From: Candidatus Omnitrophota bacterium
Lineage (GTDB): Bacteria; Omnitrophota; Gorgyraeia; Aquiviventales; Aquiviventaceae
Direction: 5' to 3'
DNA length: 64,000 nucleotides
Assembly (NCBI GenBank): GCA_023247255.1
Contig: JAHFGV010000002.1
Coordinates: forward strand, 33,835 to 97,834
The first letter of the stretch is position 1, and the number at the start of each line of letters is the position of its first letter. The notes beneath the pieces were generated by a model. The model was not told the DNA's origin and did no database searches. It saw nothing but the letters and a program-made list of their open reading frames with translations. A program made the translations under genes and the position numbers. Shown here in pieces: positions 48,965 through 58,227 of this stretch.

Positions 48965-49346
48965 TCCGTTTCAAGAGAATTGCGTAAGCACGCGATTCTG
49001 GCAAGCAAGAGAATCTTGCCATGGTGGTTGGACTTCTAGGCTCTGGGTTGAGGGTTCAGGGTAAATACACCACCGCTCATCGGTGAGACGGGTCCTGGCC
49101 CCCAGCCCAGAACCCCGAACCGACTGGCGTTTTTCAGCAGCCTGCTGATACAAACGAATTATCTAACGCGACGATGCCAGAGGATAATTCGTTTGTATCA
49201 GTGGGTATGAGTGGAAGGTTACGTAGACAAGGGCTTTGAGAAAGGTAGTCTGCTAGGGGGAGGTGAGCCTGTTATTGAATCTCGCAGAATCATTTGGTAC
49301 GATCTCTCAACGATAAATCAGTTTCATTCCTTCCGTGAGCTGCAAT

Positions 49347-49826
49347 ATGATTAAAATTAGGGTTAGAAGAAAGGGCGGCTTCACTCTCCTTGAAATGCTA
49401 ACAGTCGTTATCATCATCGCCATCCTTACCTCGATTGCCCTGCCGCAGTTCATGCGGGCTTCCGAGCGCGTCCGTGCAGCAGAGGCCATTCAAATATTGG
49501 GTCAGATTCGCGGCTCCCAGCATCGGCACAAGGCTATGAGTCTCGCCAACGACTATACCAACGACGTGACAGCATTAGATGTGGACTTACCTCAAGATAA
49601 GACAGGTGCTCCGATTACCAATATCTGGGATTGGACCCCTGCGATCCTGAATAGCAACATGTCCGTAAGCCATACTGCTCCGTTCTTCGCCACAGGCTAT
49701 GTAGCGGTTCCAAGAAATAGTGGTCAGTATAAGGGTGAGCTCTTAGGTATACAATTCGGGACAGGAACATTGTGTGGTGATTTCACCCCTTACGGAGGCA
49801 CAATCATCGCCTGTGGTGAGGATTAA
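49347..49826 (+). CDS. type IV pilin paralog 2
   Basis: KGG|FTLLEMLTVVIIIAILTSIALPQF. Confidence 0.9.
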   Translation: MIKIRVRRKGGFTLLEMLTVVIIIAILTSIALPQFMRASERVRAAEAIQILGQIRGSQHRHKAMSLANDYTNDVTALDVDLPQDKTGAPITNIWDWTPAILNSNMSVSHTAPFFATGYVAVPRNSGQYKGELLGIQFGTGTLCGDFTPYGGTIIACGED

Positions 49827-49923
49827 ATCAGTGACCAGTGAGAAGCTCTGCGAGAATACACTCCACGCAATTCAAAAGAGGCGGATCACGGAAGGACTCA
49901 CCAGAAAGAGGAGGTGATTCAAG

Positions 49924-50412
49924 ATGAGGAGACTGGGTTTTACCTTGATTGAGCTTCTGACTGTCGTCATCATCTTGGGTGTTTTAGCCGCTGCCGCCCT
50001 GCCACAGTATATGAAAGCCGTAGAGGCATCCCGTGCCGGTGAGGCGCTGAGCATGCTTACGGCGTTGCGTCGTGCCGCCCTTCGTTACCAGCTCCAGCAT
50101 GATCAGGCACACTTCCCAATAGATTCAGAAGTCACTAACGGCATATTGGATGTTGAATGGTACATTGATACTACTACGAATGGCAAGTTTGATGCCGGTG
50201 AGACACTACTCATGCAGTATTGGACATTTAATCCGAGTACTGACTACGATGTGGATAATAGCGTTTCTCCCAGTATAGGACATATCCAAACGGTACGTAA
50301 AAGTGGTACGAACATAGGTAAAACCATTGGTGTTGAACTTAACAGTGGGGATACCTGTGGTGATTTTCCTGCAGCTTCGATTGTTGCACCCGGTGCTTGT
50401 GCCAATAACTAA
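49924..50412 (+). CDS. type IV pilin paralog 3
   Basis: RBS gaggaggtg; RLG|FTLIELLTVVIILGVL. Confidence 0.9.
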   Translation: MRRLGFTLIELLTVVIILGVLAAAALPQYMKAVEASRAGEALSMLTALRRAALRYQLQHDQAHFPIDSEVTNGILDVEWYIDTTTNGKFDAGETLLMQYWTFNPSTDYDVDNSVSPSIGHIQTVRKSGTNIGKTIGVELNSGDTCGDFPAASIVAPGACANN

Positions 50413-50424
50413 TCCTCCAGAGAG

Positions 50425-50898
50425 GTGAAGAAAATGGGAAGGAGATCTTTTACACTACCAGAACTATTAGTAGTAGTCGTTGTCCTTGCTGTTCTAGCAT
50501 CAATGGCCATTCCAGAGTACATCAAAGCGGTGGAGAAAAGCCGCGCCGCTGAGGCCCTGGATGCCTTAGGAGCGATTCGCCAATCTGTGAAACGTTACCG
50601 TTGGGCCAATTCTACTGGTATATATCCAGATAACGCTGCTGATCTTGACATTGGTGCGACCAATCTGAAGTATTGGGATAGCCTTAATCTTGACAACAAT
50701 AGCGATGGTACTGGTGCCAGTGCTAAAGGCTACGCAGACTACCAGCGCAATGGCGGTAACTTTGACAATAGACACCTGGGAATAACCTTTGGGACCGGTA
50801 TACTTTGTGGAGACTTTGTGCCTATGGGACTGATTCTAACCGCTGGTAAGACATGGCAGGACGACCCCAACGTAGGCTGTGTTACAAAACGCAATTGA
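50425..50898 (+). CDS. type IV pilin paralog 4
   Basis: RRS|FTLPELLVVVVVLAVL. Confidence 0.88.
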   Translation: MKKMGRRSFTLPELLVVVVVLAVLASMAIPEYIKAVEKSRAAEALDALGAIRQSVKRYRWANSTGIYPDNAADLDIGATNLKYWDSLNLDNNSDGTGASAKGYADYQRNGGNFDNRHLGITFGTGILCGDFVPMGLILTAGKTWQDDPNVGCVTKRN

Positions 50899-50933
50899 TA
50901 GAATAGGGTATGAGTTAGGTGGGGATTTATCCC

Positions 50934-51374
50934 ATGCCGAAAGGCTTAGCTGGTTTTACCCTGCTTGAGCTATTGAGTGTGGTGATTATCATCGCTGTCC
51001 TTACGACGGCAGCGATTCCGGAGTACATGAAGGCGGTTGAGCGCTCGCGCGCGGCGGAGGCCCTGACCCTTTTGGGTGCGATTCGCGTTTCTGAGCAACG
51101 CTACAAGGCCCAGTCCCCAGGCGATACGTATACGGCCGCCTTTAGCGAGTTGGACATACAGTTTCCTGTCGGTGGTACACAAAGCTGGGGTGCTGAAACT
51201 CCTGCCGGTGGGAATCCTCCAAATCCTCCAGAGAACTTCAGCCTTACGACTTCTCGTGCTCGGCTGACACGCAAGGGGGGGACCTACAACGATCAAGTGC
51301 TGGGAATGATTTTTGATACTGGCGCTCTGTGCGGCGACTTCGTCCCCCTCAGCGTGAGCGTCGGCTGTCCTTAG
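50934..51374 (+). CDS. type IV pilin paralog 5
   Basis: LAG|FTLLELLSVVIIIAVL. Confidence 0.88.
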   Translation: MPKGLAGFTLLELLSVVIIIAVLTTAAIPEYMKAVERSRAAEALTLLGAIRVSEQRYKAQSPGDTYTAAFSELDIQFPVGGTQSWGAETPAGGNPPNPPENFSLTTSRARLTRKGGTYNDQVLGMIFDTGALCGDFVPLSVSVGCP

Positions 51375-51889
51375 TTCTTCCTGCTTTCCTCCTGCATGTT
51401 CAACCTCCCAGTTTTGTAGAAGCATAGGTATCTATGCTACAATCGTTCGAGCCGAAGTAGATTTGGAAGACGGCTGTTCAATCGAAAATCGACAATCATC
51501 AATCGACAATTCCATGGGGGAGACATCCCGCCCACCCGATCGTTGAAGCAAACCAACTGGGCCCATGCCTTCGGCTGTGGGCCCGATGGCGGGGAGGAGT
51601 CCCACAAGATGAGTTTGTGGCACTGATAACCTCTCCCCTCTCAAGGAATCATGAAACTGCCTTGGAATTTTCGATTGTCGATTTTGGATTTTCGATTGGA
51701 AGACGGCTGTTCAAACGAAAATCGACAATCGTCAATCGACAATTCCACGGAATGAGTTTGTGGCATTCAAGAACACGCTCCGCGTGGGTCGACATCCCGC
51801 CCACCCATTGGCTGTTCTGCCGTGTCACCTACGGCTTTCGGCGTGGCGCAATGGCGGGGTCGAAATTAATTCGCGGAGGCAAAATTCTT

Positions 51890-51962
51890 GGGGCAGTAGC
51901 TCAGTTGGGAGAGCGCGACATTCGCATTGTCGAGGCCAGGGGTTCGATCCCCCTCTGCTCCA
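51890..51962 (+). tRNA. tRNA-Ala(CGC)
   Basis: GGGGCAG/CTGCTCC with G3:U70, CGACA-TT-CGC-AT-TGTCG, GGTTCGATCCC. Confidence 0.95.
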
Positions 51963-52141
51963 TTTCTAAACGTCTTGGGGATCGAAGGGAGCCGAGCCTT
52001 CTTTCCTCAACGTCGCCGCGACTTATGGGAGCGGCGACAATCCACTTGGCGAGGCGAGTGCCCGACCGGAGCCCGAACGAAGTGAGGGCGAAGGCGGCGA
52101 TCCCCCTCTGCTCCATTTCTAGACGTCTTGGGGATCGAAGG
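51945..52141 (+). mobile_element. tRNA-Ala-anchored 153-bp element bounded by a 44-bp direct repeat of the tRNA 3' end
   Basis: cgatccccctctgctccatttcta(a/g)acgtcttggggatcgaagg at 51945-51988 and 52098-52141. Confidence 0.8.
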
Positions 52142-52544
52142 TCAAGCGCCCGTCGCGCTCGACATTCCGCGGCTGCCACGATGGCAGCCGCTTCAGGAGC
52201 ACCGAGCCTTCGACCAATGAAGAGAGCCGAAGGAATTGTCGATTGATGATTGTCGATTTTCGATTGAACGAAGGTTTTTTAATCGACAATCCAAAATCGA
52301 CAATCGAAAATTCAAAAAGGGAACGCCGACAACCGAGGCCGAAGGCCAAGGAAGTACCGCAATCAGGCAGACGATTGCGGTACCTCCGCTGCTCCACCCT
52401 GCTTAACATAGGTTGCAATATATTATACTACGACCCTCGTTTCACGTTCGTGACGGCCCACGCTAATAAAAACTCTTGAGGTCACATCCGTTCATTGACG
52501 ACTACAGCACGGACATGCTACCCTTTCAAGCAGGAGGAAACGCC

Positions 52545-52739
52545 ATGAGCACAAGCGTAGAGGAGCAGTACGTGATCAATCCAGCTGGCAAGAAGACTGC
52601 GGTCATCTTGTCACTTAAGCAGTACCAGCGCATACAGGAAGATCTTCACGACTTAGCAGTCGTTGCTGAGCGTCGAGAGGAAAAAGCCATTAGCCTAAAG
52701 GAGATGGAACGGCGACTGAAGAAGGATGACCTCTTATAG
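52545..52739 (+). CDS. putative antitoxin (RelE partner)
   Basis: RBS aggagg; QYVINPAGKKTAVIL...EDLHDLAVVAERREE; overlaps toxin start. Confidence 0.75.
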   Translation: MSTSVEEQYVINPAGKKTAVILSLKQYQRIQEDLHDLAVVAERREEKAISLKEMERRLKKDDLL

Positions 52740-52992
52740 TCTCGTCTTCAAGCCGTCGGTCGAAAAGGATTTCCGCTGTCTCTCCCATGAAGTTGTACCC
52801 CGCCTGACGAAGAAGGTCGAAGAGCTCCGGACAAATCCTTTTCCCCATCAGGCCGAGAGGCTCTCGGGTGCCGAACGGCTCTATCGGATTCGTATCGGAG
52901 ACTAGCGGGTTGTCTACGAGGTCGACACGCATCTCAAGCAGATCACCATCCATCACATACGGCACCGCCGAGAGGTCTATCGAGCACTATGA
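52726..52992 (+). pseudogene. RelE/ParE toxin with internal amber stop
   Basis: MTSYSLVFKPSVEKDF...YRIRIGD*RVVYEVD...IRHRREVY; TAG at 52903-52905 in place of the usual Tyr. Confidence 0.85.
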
Positions 52993-53729
52993 TGCCGCGT
53001 GTGTTTATCCCCACACATCAAATCCACGGCTCCGTCATAACGATTGATGATGCGCGACAGATCCATCATCTTCGCGATGTGCTGCGTCTGAAGATGGGCG
53101 ATGGCATCATTTGTTGCGACAGTCAGGGAACAGAACACAGGGGTCTGATCCGCTTTGAGTCCAAAGACCGACTGGAAGTCGAACTTCAAGGATCTAGCCT
53201 TGTTGCGAAACAGTCCGTTTCCATCTGGTTGGCTGCGGCCCTCATCAAAGCGAATCGCTTCGATTGGTTGGTGCAAAAAGCGACAGAGTTAGGCGTTTCA
53301 AGAATCAGCCCTCTGGTTACTCGTTACACCGTGATTCGTCTTAGACAAGAACAGGCAAGATCAAAGTGCGCACGGTGGCAACGCATCGCCCAAGAAGCCG
53401 CCAAGCAATGCGGTCGGAAGACCCTGCCCATCGTCGACGTCCCTGAGCCCATGGGACGACTGCTTGAGCAGACTAAGCAAAGCCCTCTTGTGCTTATCCC
53501 CACCTTGGTCAAGGAGGCCATTCCTCTTTCGGAGGTTTTGAAAAGCTCGGGTGCCGCTCGTGAAGTGGTGGTTTTCATCGGGCCGGAGGGGGATTTTAGT
53601 GAAGAAGAGCTGCGCCTGGCCCGATCCTTCGGTGCAAGGCCCGTGTCCTTGGGATCTCTGACGCTGCGTTCGGAGACCGCCGCTGTTGCCGCAGTTGCGA
53701 TTCTACAATACAGCCTGGGGGGCCTGTGA
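52989..53729 (+). CDS. rsmE: 16S rRNA (uracil1498-N3)-methyltransferase
   Basis: HHLRDVLRL, QKATELGV, EAAKQCGR, IGPEGDFS, LRSETA. Confidence 0.95.
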   Translation: MMPRVFIPTHQIHGSVITIDDARQIHHLRDVLRLKMGDGIICCDSQGTEHRGLIRFESKDRLEVELQGSSLVAKQSVSIWLAAALIKANRFDWLVQKATELGVSRISPLVTRYTVIRLRQEQARSKCARWQRIAQEAAKQCGRKTLPIVDVPEPMGRLLEQTKQSPLVLIPTLVKEAIPLSEVLKSSGAAREVVVFIGPEGDFSEEELRLARSFGARPVSLGSLTLRSETAAVAAVAILQYSLGGL

Positions 53730-55393
53730 GTTTTTCCCGCCGCTGGATGCGTTGGTTGCCTTGGCTGAGTCTGGCTGCGTTCAGTTCCTTATGGCTTGCC
53801 CACTGGCCGATCTTTCCTCTGGTGTTGGATCCCTACTACCACCTGCTCATCGCCCGGCAAGTGGCTGAGGCAGGCGGTCCCATCGTTTATGAATGGTGGC
53901 AATATGCCCCCATCGGGAGATTTCACCTCTATCCACCCTTTCTTCATCTTCTCCTTGCAGGATTTTTGAAGTTGGGAATTCCAGCGATTACGACGATCCG
54001 CATTGCCAGTGTTGTTTTGTTACCGGCGCTTTTGTTGAGCCTTTGGCTTGTCATGCGACGGCTGCTCGGCCCTTCCATCGCGCTGGCCAGTCTGTGGGTA
54101 GGCATGGTGCCGTTTTCCTTTCATCTTCACAGCGTCATTACGATGGCGGCGACATTATCCCTGATCGAGTGGTTATGGTTGATGGATGCGTTGGAGCACG
54201 GTCGCATTCTGGCGGCTGGCTTATTGTTGGCCTTGTTGTGTTATACGCACTTAGGGCTTCCTTGGATAGTTCTGGTGACGATTGGGATTTGTGGATGTCT
54301 GCGGCCCGATTGTTGGAAACGATGGCTGAGGGCATCTTGGGGGCTTCTGCTGGTTGTTCCCTGGTGGTGGCATTTATGGAGTCATCGGATGAGTTTGGTG
54401 CCTTTTCCTCGGGACGAGAATAGAATGGTAGAATTGATGCCTTTGGTTTATCTTGCGGCTGCCGTTGGCGTCTGGCGGTGTTGGGTCGGCAAGGGAGCTT
54501 TTAGGTGGCTGCCTGCCTGTTGGCTCGGATTTTCGTTGTTGGCTTTTGAGTACCGGTATCGTTGGCTCAGCGGCGAGGGGTTGTTTGCGGTTATTCTCCT
54601 TGCAGGAGTCGGGGTCGATTGGCTTGCGGGATGTCTGGCTGCTTGCGGACAACGTCTCAGGATCGCGCCCTCTCAAAGATCAGGCCGGGATGATCGATTG
54701 ACGAGTCGCGAGACAGGAAATGGAGGACAGAATTCAGGGAAGCAACTGCTCTGGGCGGGTGCGATCGTGGGACTGCTGTTATGTTCTGGCACCTTGGCTT
54801 TCGAGGAAGACCATCTGAGGTGGCGATGGCCGGATAGTGGGCTGGCGCATCTGGCAGGCATTCGCGGCGTTCAGGAAAAGGATTTGGACCAGGGTCTCTA
54901 CACGCCTGTGATGGAGCGATTGATCCGGGTGGTTTCTGAACAGACCCAACCGCTTGAGATCCTCTGGTCGAACGCCCCTTACGTGCTCGGTCTCATTGCC
55001 GCTGTTGTCGGACGTCCGATGTCTTCAGCGATGCTTAATGAGGTTAGGCCAGAGAGGGCTTTCGATTCGGTAGCGGCCGCCCATTGGATCGTTTGGTTTA
55101 AATTCGATCAGCCTCCTGAGTTGAGTCTTCTTAAGCAGATCCAGCGATACCCTTTGCGTCGGGTATACGAAGAAGATCTAGCCATCGTTTTCCGACAGGA
55201 ATCCCCCATCCAACCGGCTCACCCGCCACAAGCTATCCTTCCCGTCGGAATGGCGTTTGGGATTCTTGGCGTCGTCTTGGGACTGGTTGTTTGGGATCTG
55301 CGAATGGGCGCTCCACAGCGCTACACCCAGGGAGCGTCCATGACCGATATTTCGCTTTGTCGTAAAAATGTCGGATATGAAGGAATCCCTTAA
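53726..55393 (+). CDS. polytopic membrane protein, GT-C fold (ArnT/STT3-like) candidate
   Basis: TM1 followed by LDPYYHL..AR and YPPFLH, about 10 hydrophobic segments, soluble C-terminal domain. Confidence 0.55.
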   Translation: MSFSRRWMRWLPWLSLAAFSSLWLAHWPIFPLVLDPYYHLLIARQVAEAGGPIVYEWWQYAPIGRFHLYPPFLHLLLAGFLKLGIPAITTIRIASVVLLPALLLSLWLVMRRLLGPSIALASLWVGMVPFSFHLHSVITMAATLSLIEWLWLMDALEHGRILAAGLLLALLCYTHLGLPWIVLVTIGICGCLRPDCWKRWLRASWGLLLVVPWWWHLWSHRMSLVPFPRDENRMVELMPLVYLAAAVGVWRCWVGKGAFRWLPACWLGFSLLAFEYRYRWLSGEGLFAVILLAGVGVDWLAGCLAACGQRLRIAPSQRSGRDDRLTSRETGNGGQNSGKQLLWAGAIVGLLLCSGTLAFEEDHLRWRWPDSGLAHLAGIRGVQEKDLDQGLYTPVMERLIRVVSEQTQPLEILWSNAPYVLGLIAAVVGRPMSSAMLNEVRPERAFDSVAAAHWIVWFKFDQPPELSLLKQIQRYPLRRVYEEDLAIVFRQESPIQPAHPPQAILPVGMAFGILGVVLGLVVWDLRMGAPQRYTQGASMTDISLCRKNVGYEGIP

Positions 55394-55493
55394 TACAAAA
55401 GTGTCAAGGGGGCATCCATCCCTATGAAGACAACAGTGGCCAACGCAAGTATAATACGATACCGTGTTTTTCATCGCATGCGAGTGATTCCTT

Positions 55494-55800
55494 AGAGCAC
55501 CTAACATAATGAAAACGTGACTGCGCTGGGATTAGATGCAAGCTGCGCAAGGCGCTCGCCCTTGACAAGCTTGTCAAGGGCGAGGAGGAAGGCATATCAT
55601 GCGGCAAGCGATATGGCGACGACGAGCAACGCAGCGAAGCGAAGCAGATAAGCCCAGCCCTTCGGGTTGCGGCAAAAACTGCCCATCTGCTGCGTCACTT
55701 CTTCTCTGCGTATCGCTAGCTTTACGCCATCGTCGTCGTTCCTTGCATCTGGGCAGTTTTCGCCGCAACGCAGCCATGTTTTCATTATGTTAGGTGCTCT
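55494..55800. mobile_element. ~307-bp MITE-like element, family C
   Basis: 23-bp IR agagcacctaacataatgaaaac / gttttcattatgttaggtgctct; core homologous to 6800-7088. Confidence 0.75.
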
Positions 55801-55812
55801 TAGAAAGGACGT

Positions 55813-57369
55813 ATGGAGAAGATGGCAAAGGTAAGAGAAATCTTGATCAGCGCAGATGCGCAAGAGACGCGCGTTGCGGTCACCGAGGACAAGCGCCTTG
55901 AGGAATATTACGTGGAGCGCCCATCGGATAGTCGGATGGTGGGCAGCGTCTATAAAGGACACGTAAGTTCTGTGGTGCCTGGAATCAACGCGGCGTTTGT
56001 GGATATCGGGTTGGGGAAAAACGGTTTTCTCTATGTGTCCGATATCGTAGAGCCCAAGCCCGATGAAGAGGTAATCTTGGAAGGGGAAGTGTCTCCAGGG
56101 GTGTCACAGGCTGCAGGGGTGCATCGCGAGCGGCAACGTTCTGGAGCTCGCCATCAGAGGCACTCACGGATCGAGGACGTGGTTAAAAGCAATCAAGAGA
56201 TTCTGGTGCAGGTGGTTAAAGAGCCCTTCGGAACCAAAGGCGCTCGGCTGACGACCCATTTAAGCCTTCCCGGCCGCTACATGGTTTTGATGTGCAATGA
56301 CGCGCGGCTGGGAATTTCAAAACGGATTGAAGATCCGCAAGAGCGCAGCCGTTTGCGTGAAATACTTCCAAAACTGCGATTCTCGGAAGAAGCGGGACTC
56401 ATCATCCGGACCGCGGGGGTGGGCAAAACGGAGAAAGATTTTATCAGGGATGTCCGGTATCTATCCGGGATTTATCAGCGTCTCAAGCGACTCGGTGCCC
56501 GATCCAAAGCGCCGGCTTGTCTGTATCAAGAGTACGAATTACCCCAACGGGTCATCCGAGACAGCTTTACAGAGGATGTTCAACGCATCGTGGTGGATTC
56601 CAAAGGGGTGTTCCATCGGCTGCGACGATTTCTCAATGTGCTGATTCCCCGCGTCAGGGTTCGCATGGAATTGTACCGAGGAGAGGAACCTTTGTTTGAG
56701 GCGGTTGGGTTGGATGAACAGATCGCTGCTCTGTTTGATAAGCGGGTACAACTGCCCTCCGGAGGATCGATTATTGTGGAACCTACCGAGGGAATGGTTG
56801 CGGTTGACGTCAACACCTCTAAGTTTACTGGGCGCCGTAATCTTGAAGAAACGGCGTTTCAGGTTGATAAAGAGGCGGCCATTGAAGTGGCCCGCCAACT
56901 GCGCTTGCGTGATATCGGCGGCATCGTTGTGATCGACTTTATCGATCTGGATGTTGCCGCACACCGTCGAGAGCTGGTGAAAACGTTGGAACAAGCCTTG
57001 GTGCGTGATCGTGCCAAGACCAATCTCGTTTCTTTTTCTGAGATCTGCGTTGCAGAACTGACACGCCAGCGCATGCGGCGTTCCGTTGAGACCGTAAGCT
57101 ATCAAAGCTGCCCCTATTGTAACGGGCGGGGAACAGTCAAGTCCGTTCAGACAATGGCCATCGAAGCCATCCGTCAGGCCAAGCGCGCCCTTAAGAATAT
57201 CCAGCATAAGACCCTGGAATTGCTGGTGCATCCTCAGGTGGCCGTCCGGCTGCTTCAAGAGGACCGACCCAGCTTGACTACGTTGGAGAATCAGAGTCAT
57301 TCTAAAATCCTTGTGCTGTCCGATCCCAGCTTGCACGTCGAGCAGATCAAAGTCCAGGTATCGGGCTAG
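55813..57369 (+). CDS. rng: ribonuclease E/G family (RNase G-like)
   Basis: VYKG.V..VVPGINAAFVDIG, VQVVKEP.GTKGARLT, DVNT, RLRDIGGIVVIDFID. Confidence 0.9.
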   Translation: MEKMAKVREILISADAQETRVAVTEDKRLEEYYVERPSDSRMVGSVYKGHVSSVVPGINAAFVDIGLGKNGFLYVSDIVEPKPDEEVILEGEVSPGVSQAAGVHRERQRSGARHQRHSRIEDVVKSNQEILVQVVKEPFGTKGARLTTHLSLPGRYMVLMCNDARLGISKRIEDPQERSRLREILPKLRFSEEAGLIIRTAGVGKTEKDFIRDVRYLSGIYQRLKRLGARSKAPACLYQEYELPQRVIRDSFTEDVQRIVVDSKGVFHRLRRFLNVLIPRVRVRMELYRGEEPLFEAVGLDEQIAALFDKRVQLPSGGSIIVEPTEGMVAVDVNTSKFTGRRNLEETAFQVDKEAAIEVARQLRLRDIGGIVVIDFIDLDVAAHRRELVKTLEQALVRDRAKTNLVSFSEICVAELTRQRMRRSVETVSYQSCPYCNGRGTVKSVQTMAIEAIRQAKRALKNIQHKTLELLVHPQVAVRLLQEDRPSLTTLENQSHSKILVLSDPSLHVEQIKVQVSG

Positions 57370-57531
57370 TGCTCCGTCTACATCGAACGGATGGATAGTC
57401 CGCTGCAATTCATCGCCTACTTTATTGATGCTCGCGCAATTGTATGACAGGCTTCACCGTCGATAAATACTGTCATACTGATTTGCGAGACTCAATAGTA
57501 TCGGCAACCCGTCATTTCAATCTGGCTGGAG
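57366..57531. mobile_element. family E MITE copy with nested ~75-bp hairpin insertion
   Basis: Matches 30319-30415 except for the insert at 57423-57497. Confidence 0.7.
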
Positions 57532-57816
57532 ATCTGCTGGAGTGTGGGACCGCTCGTGGCAACAGTGCTGTCCTGATGGGACCAGCGCTTAAACAAATGG
57601 GTGATCGCCGTCGGCTCTGGGTTTTGATATGAGAGCGTCAAGACCTGTTTGGATTGCCTCTATGATTGGGTCAGTCCGGGATGAGTGATTCAGATCGATG
57701 ATTACGGCCATTGGCAGAGGGCTCGGAAAGCGGTGGATGACTTTCTTAAGCAGCGTTCAATGACTATCCCACTGCGCTGGCTTGATTATACTGGACGACA
57801 ATGGGGCAAATCTTGA
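57522..57816 (+). pseudogene. TylF/MycF/NovP-family O-methyltransferase remnant
   Basis: GDLLECGTARGNS...RRLW joined by a deletion to YESVKTCLDCLY..VSPG*VIQIDDYGHW..ARKAVDDF. Confidence 0.7.
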
Positions 57817-57894
57817 AAAACCCTTGACCGGACACGAGGATTCAGCCAAAATAGAGCCTACTTTTTGACGCCATATAGATGAGGGAATAGGCTC

Positions 57895-58227
57895 ATGTAC
57901 GCTATTGTTGAAGTGGGAGGAAGACAGTGGAAGGTAGAATCAGGAACACATTTGGATATCAATCGTGTTTCCTTTGAGGTGGGGGCAAGACACACCCTGG
58001 AGCATGTGTTGTTCGCACGGCAAGAGGAACAGGTGCATATTGGACATCCTTACGTGCCCAATGCTCAGGTTGTTTGTGAAGTACTTGAGCATCGGCTGGG
58101 TCCTAAGGTCGTTTCCTATCACTACCGGCGACGAGAGAACTGGCGCAAGACCGTGGGACATCGTCAACCATTGACCCGGTTGGTCGTGAAAGAGATTAAA
58201 ATCGGTTCAATGGCTCCTCGGCAGTAG
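57895..58227 (+). CDS. rplU: 50S ribosomal protein L21
   Basis: MYAIVEVGGRQWKV, GHRQPLT. Confidence 0.95.
   Translation: MYAIVEVGGRQWKVESGTHLDINRVSFEVGARHTLEHVLFARQEEQVHIGHPYVPNAQVVCEVLEHRLGPKVVSYHYRRRENWRKTVGHRQPLTRLVVKEIKIGSMAPRQ

Noticed and set aside
51432-52479. ORFs of 70-209 aa around tRNA-Ala (also 4398-5748 and 58517-58779)
   Set aside because: They are translations of the tRNA and heptamer palindromes (SIVDFRL-type peptides), not credible genes.
33999-52905. Amber stop-codon recoding suggested by two in-frame TAGs
   Set aside because: The two TAGs replace different expected residues (probably Glu and Tyr), TAG terminates many normal genes here, and a third toxin is broken by a frameshift.
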